Of a stretch of DNA of 22,895 nucleotides, positions 18,746 to 22,895 are shown one piece after another (the first letter of the stretch is position 1; each line of letters starts with the position of its first letter). Position numbers and translations under genes: made by a program. This DNA is from Candidatus Micrarchaeia archaeon (GTDB lineage Archaea > Micrarchaeota > Micrarchaeia > Burarchaeales > JAVZCV01). Under the pieces are notes generated by a model. The model was not told where the DNA came from. It searched no databases and saw only the letters and a program-made list of their open reading frames with translations. Location of the stretch: assembly GCA_038874215.1 (NCBI GenBank), contig JAVZCV010000020.1, positions 1-22,895 of the forward strand, written 5' to 3'.

Positions 18746-21065
18746 AAGGCGCAATAAAAAAAGCGATTAGATATGCAAGGCCTGCGATTAGCAGGTTAAA
18801 AGAAAAGCCGAAGTGCATTGCGAGAAGCATCGCAAGGGTGGACGAGAGCACAGAGGCACAGCCGCTAACCCCCCACGCCCACGCTACGATGGTTTTTTGT
18901 GTTCCTATGCTCTTTATCCCCAGCGGGAAAGGCATACCCATAAGAAAACCTATCGGCGCAACAATCAACGAACCAAGGATATATCTCTGTATCATGTCTG
19001 CACCGAGCATATGTGCGACAAAAAATCCCAAAAACAACGAATATAGAACGCAAAAAACTGAGAGAAATGGAAGAATGACTACAAGCGAATGAGGGCTGAT
19101 TTTCCGTGTGATATAGCTTCCTATCCCTGCTGATAATAGCAATGGGAAAATTGTAGCCGAAAATGCATGCACGGGATTTCCGTGCAGGAGAATGAACTTT
19201 TCCACCAGCGAAACTTCAATGAGCATAAATCCCAATGAGATAAGAGCGAAATAAAGGAGGTTTCTCGTATGAGATACTACTTCAAGGGAGACGCCCAACT
19301 TTACGAGTGGGAGAAGAATGAAAAATGCGGAAAGCAATAGTGCCTGCATAAAAACGACAAAAGTTATGAAGCCTCCCTCAAAAAAAGGCTCCCACTTCTT
19401 CCCCATGCTTGCATGCAGCTCAGATGCCTTCTCTAACCTGAAAAAGTTGCTGAAAAACGGCCTGTCGTCGCTTACTGCTCTTATATCAAAAAGGTATTCA
19501 TTCTCTACCGATGTTCTGTTTTCAATAATTCCGCTCGTAAGCATGTAGAAATAGGGCTCTGGGAATTTGCTGTATGCATCTGCTTCCTCCGCCTTCATAT
19601 TCGGATAATAAACGAGATCAAATTTTCTTGAAGCTGAAAATTCCCTAAGCCTTTCTATCTCCTCTCGTGTGAACGGAACCTTCTTGAATAAGAACGTGAT
19701 GGTAGTAAGCGTCCTTATTGACACCGTGCATTCACTTGAATTAATACCATTTTTTTCCATAACCTTGCTTGCAGTTGAGAGAATTCTCAGGCTTGCCTTC
19801 GGCGGGATTATGAGAAATGCGTGCGAAACGAGAACGCCATCGTCTGCAAGATGAGAGAAGTATTCCTCAAAAGCCTCTGAGGTAAATTCGTATTCCTCAG
19901 AAAGCCCGTATATGCCAGCCGAAAGCATTGCTGTGCTCTCCTGCATCGGAAGGACAATCGCATCAAACTTTTCCTCATTTCCAGCAAGAAAGTTTCGCAC
20001 ACCGCCTTCATATACTACTACCTTTGAGTTGACGCCTATGCTTCTGTTAATGAAGCGCGCAACTGCGCCGTTCTTCTCAACAACGACAACGGACGCATTT
20101 GACCGCATTGCTGCGGCAAGCTCATGCCCATCGGGCTGTATAAGCAAAACGCTTCTCCGCTCTCTAATCGCATAGGGGAGATAGGAGGGCATGAATTCCA
20201 CAAAATCTGTGCTTTCGGTCTTCTGAAATGCCCTAAGAGCGTCGTTATCCATTGTTAATCCTATCTGGGGCGGGAGAGTTCCGTTGAAGGAGGCGCTCAA
20301 GCCAGGGGCATGTCTTATCGCAGAACCTTCAACAATATCAACTTTTGAATAGGACAACCATACCGTCTCATCTATCCTCGTATCTTTCATTGAAAGAACC
20401 CTATTCAGGTCCTTATAAGGAGAACTTTTTATCTCAAATTGAGTGAGAAAAAATGCGATGACAAAGATAATAACCGCTAATGCCACAACAACCATTCTCC
20501 TTCTGCCGATTGAAAACGCCAAGCAAGAAATCGCCCCAAAGATAGAGGCAAAAAACAAGCACTTCCCAGAACCCATAAGAAAGAGTGCAGAAACGCTTCC
20601 AAAAGCCGCACCCCCAAGGTCGGCGAAGTAAATTCTGTTTGCGTTTTTTGGGAAAGAAGATACCGCCAAGCCCGTGCATGCACCCGCAAAGAAAAACGGG
20701 ATTCCAAAAACAACGTATTCCACACCTATCTTCAAAAACTGCGAAAAATCGTGAATGAGGAAGGGATCAAAAAAAAGCTCGTTTGCAAAAAGGAATCCAA
20801 ATGCAGAAGAAAGCGAAAAGAGGGCTGCAGAAATTGCCATAAAGCCTCTAATCCGTCCCTCAACCAAAACCCTAAAAATAGCAAGGAAAGTCCCGCTCGC
20901 CCCATATCCGAACAGCGCTATACTGATGATGAGAAAGGCGAAATGATGCCAGTAAGAAATTGAAAAGAAGCGCATAAGTGAGAATTCAAAAACTATCGCT
21001 GAGAAGGATAAAAGGAATATGCCTACGTACATACTCAGCGGTAAATCCCTCCTCCCTCCATCCAT
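18708..21065 (-). CDS. Polytopic membrane protein with a central spermidine-synthase-like SAM-binding domain
   Basis: Architecture of about 7 TM + soluble domain + about 7 TM; family-type motifs [80 protein letters not shown]. Confidence 0.85.
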   Translation of the reverse strand: MDGGRRDLPLSMYVGIFLLSFSAIVFEFSLMRFFSISYWHHFAFLIISIALFGYGASGTFLAIFRVLVEGRIRGFMAISAALFSLSSAFGFLFANELFFDPFLIHDFSQFLKIGVEYVVFGIPFFFAGACTGLAVSSFPKNANRIYFADLGGAAFGSVSALFLMGSGKCLFFASIFGAISCLAFSIGRRRMVVVALAVIIFVIAFFLTQFEIKSSPYKDLNRVLSMKDTRIDETVWLSYSKVDIVEGSAIRHAPGLSASFNGTLPPQIGLTMDNDALRAFQKTESTDFVEFMPSYLPYAIRERRSVLLIQPDGHELAAAMRSNASVVVVEKNGAVARFINRSIGVNSKVVVYEGGVRNFLAGNEEKFDAIVLPMQESTAMLSAGIYGLSEEYEFTSEAFEEYFSHLADDGVLVSHAFLIIPPKASLRILSTASKVMEKNGINSSECTVSIRTLTTITFLFKKVPFTREEIERLREFSASRKFDLVYYPNMKAEEADAYSKFPEPYFYMLTSGIIENRTSVENEYLFDIRAVSDDRPFFSNFFRLEKASELHASMGKKWEPFFEGGFITFVVFMQALLLSAFFILLPLVKLGVSLEVVSHTRNLLYFALISLGFMLIEVSLVEKFILLHGNPVHAFSATIFPLLLSAGIGSYITRKISPHSLVVILPFLSVFCVLYSLFLGFFVAHMLGADMIQRYILGSLIVAPIGFLMGMPFPLGIKSIGTQKTIVAWAWGVSGCASVLSSTLAMLLAMHFGFSFNLLIAGLAYLIAFFIAPFIHRFFSKPLPS

Positions 21066-21080
21066 GCTAATCTATCTACG

Positions 21081-21120
21081 CTTTTAAATAAAGCTCTAAC
21101 AGACGCACACTATTTAAAAA
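21081..21120. promoter_or_regulatory. Back-to-back TATA boxes for divergent leaderless genes
   Basis: TTTATTTAAAA on the minus strand (21092-21082) upstream of ATG 21065, and TATTTAAAAA (21111-21120) upstream of ATG 21140. Confidence 0.5.
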
Positions 21121-21139
21121 CAGAATACATTACTACCTC

Positions 21140-21637
21140 ATGGAGCGCATTATACTAAAGCCCAAAAGAATTGCATTCCTTATTAGAAGATGCTTTTTCT
21201 TGCTTCTCATCGCCATTTTTGTTTTTGCGTTATCATCGCTTTATCTCCTTTCATTGGGCGGGGAATTCGTTTTTTTCATCGGCGGAGCAGCGCTCTCACT
21301 CCTGATTCTGTTCTTCTGTTTAATTCTGGCACAGCTTAACTATCACTTCACAGAATACGAACTGAACGAAAACACCATGGTGGCTCGTACAGGCATAATC
21401 CACCACAAGACAGAAACAGCGCCTCTTGAAATGATAACTGATGCTTCACTTACACGCGACCCGCTCGATTTCATCCTAGATACAGCAACAGTCCATATAA
21501 ATACGGCTGGTGAGCACGGCTACGAAATAACGCTTGATTTCCTTGGCAACGGCGAGGCATACTACCTTAAAAAAATGCTTTTTAGGCTTAAGGACGAGAA
21601 GCACATGCGTTTTGAAAGGAGCGATATGCATACTTGA
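21140..21637 (+). CDS. Two-TM membrane protein with a bacterial PH domain (bPH_2, YdbS-like)
   Basis: Two hydrophobic helices, then YELNENTMVARTGII...PLEMITDASLTRDPLDFILDTATVHINTAG. Confidence 0.78.
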   Translation: MERIILKPKRIAFLIRRCFFLLLIAIFVFALSSLYLLSLGGEFVFFIGGAALSLLILFFCLILAQLNYHFTEYELNENTMVARTGIIHHKTETAPLEMITDASLTRDPLDFILDTATVHINTAGEHGYEITLDFLGNGEAYYLKKMLFRLKDEKHMRFERSDMHT

Positions 21638-22312
21638 CTATTTCAGAATCTTTCCCGTTTCAATATGCCAGAGGTAAAGGTCAAGCTCCCCCAAACTCAT
21701 GCGCGCTCTTTTCGCAACATCCGCGAGCTTTCTTTCTAAGAGGAGGTATCTCTTTCTTGATAGCGAGCCGCCTTCTGGGGGAACAATGCCACGGGCAAGT
21801 CCATACTTTCGCATAACTTTTATTATATGCCTGTCCAATATGGCGAGGTTTTCAAAACCCACGTTGCGCAGAAAATGGCTCGCCTCCTTGTATCCGATCC
21901 CCCTTACATTTCGCACGAGCCACTCTCGCATTTCGTATTCTTCTCCAATTTTTAGCAGCGTTTCTTTCAGACCGCAAGCATATTTTCTTGCCTCTACTAT
22001 ATACGAAGCGCGCGAATTTGGAAACCTATGCCCAAGCTTACGTAGTCTCTCCGCAAGTTTCATTTTGGATAGCTTCGCAAAGCCGTCGTAGCCCAATTCC
22101 ACCTGCATCCTCATCCCCCCCTCAGCAGTGTAGTTTGCAGTCAGTATGCAGAAGCAGAGTTCAGAAAACCATTCGTGCGAGCCTCTTTCACGCATCGCTT
22201 TGAATTCCGAGAGCCTTTTATCAACCAAATCTGCTATATGGGATTTTTTTAGCTCGCAAAGCTTACGGATGAGTTCTTTCACGCTATCCTCCTCAGAAGC
22301 AGTGCGGGGCAT
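21638..22312 (-). CDS. ogg: 8-oxoguanine DNA glycosylase/AP lyase (archaeal/thermophile Ogg type)
   Basis: ELCFCILTAN, GHRFPNSRA, HhH VRGIGYKEASHFLRNVG, AILDRHI, LDLYLW...TGKILK. Confidence 0.95.
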   Translation of the reverse strand: MPRTASEEDSVKELIRKLCELKKSHIADLVDKRLSEFKAMRERGSHEWFSELCFCILTANYTAEGGMRMQVELGYDGFAKLSKMKLAERLRKLGHRFPNSRASYIVEARKYACGLKETLLKIGEEYEMREWLVRNVRGIGYKEASHFLRNVGFENLAILDRHIIKVMRKYGLARGIVPPEGGSLSRKRYLLLERKLADVAKRARMSLGELDLYLWHIETGKILK

Positions 22313-22698
22313 ACACGGACAACGCCATCCATCCTTTCTATTTTCCCAATCGCCCGCGAAAGCTCATTCTGGTTCCTGCACCATATTTCAAAAACAATCA
22401 TATGGTCGCCAGAGGAAAGCGCGGCATACCGCACGCCCACCTGCCTTCTTATCTTATCAAAAACGCCAAGCAATGCATCTGGTTTCGTATCAACGCCGAC
22501 TACTGCAACAGCGCCAAAACCCGCGCGCGAGGGCTCAATCAAAGCAGTATAGCCGAGTATTACACCTTCCTCTTCAAGTTTCTTCACCCTCTTTCTTACT
22601 GCGGTTTCTGTTATGCCAAGCTTTTTTGCGAGCTCGGTAAAAGAAATACGCGCATTTTTCAAAAGCTCAAAAATTATTCTTTCATCCTTCTTGTCCAT
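22279..22698 (-). CDS. Lrp/AsnC family transcriptional regulator
   Basis: MDKKDERII...NARISFTELAKKLGITETAVRKRVKKLEEEGVI HTH and RAM domain (SSGDHM, VCPA); start ATG 22698; overlaps the ogg start. Confidence 0.95.
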   Translation of the reverse strand: MDKKDERIIFELLKNARISFTELAKKLGITETAVRKRVKKLEEEGVILGYTALIEPSRAGFGAVAVVGVDTKPDALLGVFDKIRRQVGVRYAALSSGDHMIVFEIWCRNQNELSRAIGKIERMDGVVRVCPALLLRRIA

Positions 22699-22699
22699 A

Positions 22700-22714
22700 G
22701 TTTGAATTTCAAAC
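22700..22714. promoter_or_regulatory. 15-bp palindromic operator GTTTGAA-T-TTCAAAC
   Basis: Perfect 7-bp arms with a 1-nt spacer, lying between the lrp start codon and the TTTTAAAA box (22722-22729). Confidence 0.65.
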
Positions 22715-22721
22715 AAAAAAG

Positions 22722-22729
22722 TTTTAAAA
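22722..22729. promoter_or_regulatory. Self-complementary TATA box TTTTAAAA, possibly shared by lrp and rbr
   Basis: 24-31 nt from the lrp ATG and about 22 nt before the GGAGGTGA SD of rbr. Confidence 0.5.
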
Positions 22730-22762
22730 TATAACTTGATATCCTATTTGGGAGGTGAAAGG

Positions 22763-22895
22763 ATGGAGACGCTTAACAACCTTGTTAAGGCTTTCATAGG
22801 CGAAAGCCAGGCAAGAAACAGATATACCTTCTACGCAAAGATAGCCAAGCAGGAAGGCTACGAGCAGATTGCGGCCATATTTGAGCAGACGGCAG
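22763..22895 (+). CDS. rbr: Rubrerythrin, 5' part truncated by the window end (not in the ORF track)
   Basis: Translates to METLNNLVKAFIGESQARNRYTFYAKIAKQEGYEQIAAIFEQTA, the rubrerythrin N-terminal signature; strong SD GGAGGTGA at 22751-22758. Confidence 0.93.
   Translation, partial: METLNNLVKAFIGESQARNRYTFYAKIAKQEGYEQIAAIFEQTA

Noticed and set aside
1-22895. CRISPR array, tRNA/rRNA, IS element, prophage or defence genes
   Set aside because: No spaced direct repeats, cloverleaf-like sequences, transposase, integrase or nuclease motifs were seen by eye, and the intergenic gaps are short.

Overview
Gene-dense archaeal chromosomal segment with about 25 CDS. No rRNA, tRNA, CRISPR array or mobile element was seen. 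Archaeal origin is shown by MCM, aIF-1A, aIF-2beta, RIO1, Spt5, SecE and TATA/BRE promoters. A DPANN/Micrarchaeota-like host is plausible but is inference only. In order: (1) a small Cys-rich ORF plus pncB-pncA (NAD salvage); (2) a minus-strand housekeeping block of ftsZ-secE-spt5-rpl11, then mcm, a presenilin-like protease, aIF-2beta, aIF-1A and rio1; (3) ribose-1,5-bisphosphate isomerase and AMP phosphorylase (no Rubisco in the window), a purine PRTase, a LeuB-family dehydrogenase, and a membrane protein fused to a degenerate KaiC/RAD55 domain; (4) an envelope cluster of a secreted transglutaminase-like protein with a Cys-led C-terminal anchor, a membrane-anchored protein-L-isoaspartate methyltransferase (PIMT), a polytopic spermidine-synthase-like protein and a bPH membrane protein; (5) lrp-ogg divergent from rubrerythrin, with a 15-bp palindrome beside a shared TATA box. 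The best leads are a possible extracytoplasmic protein-repair module (4), the membrane pseudo-KaiC protein, and the Lrp-controlled oxidative-stress switch.
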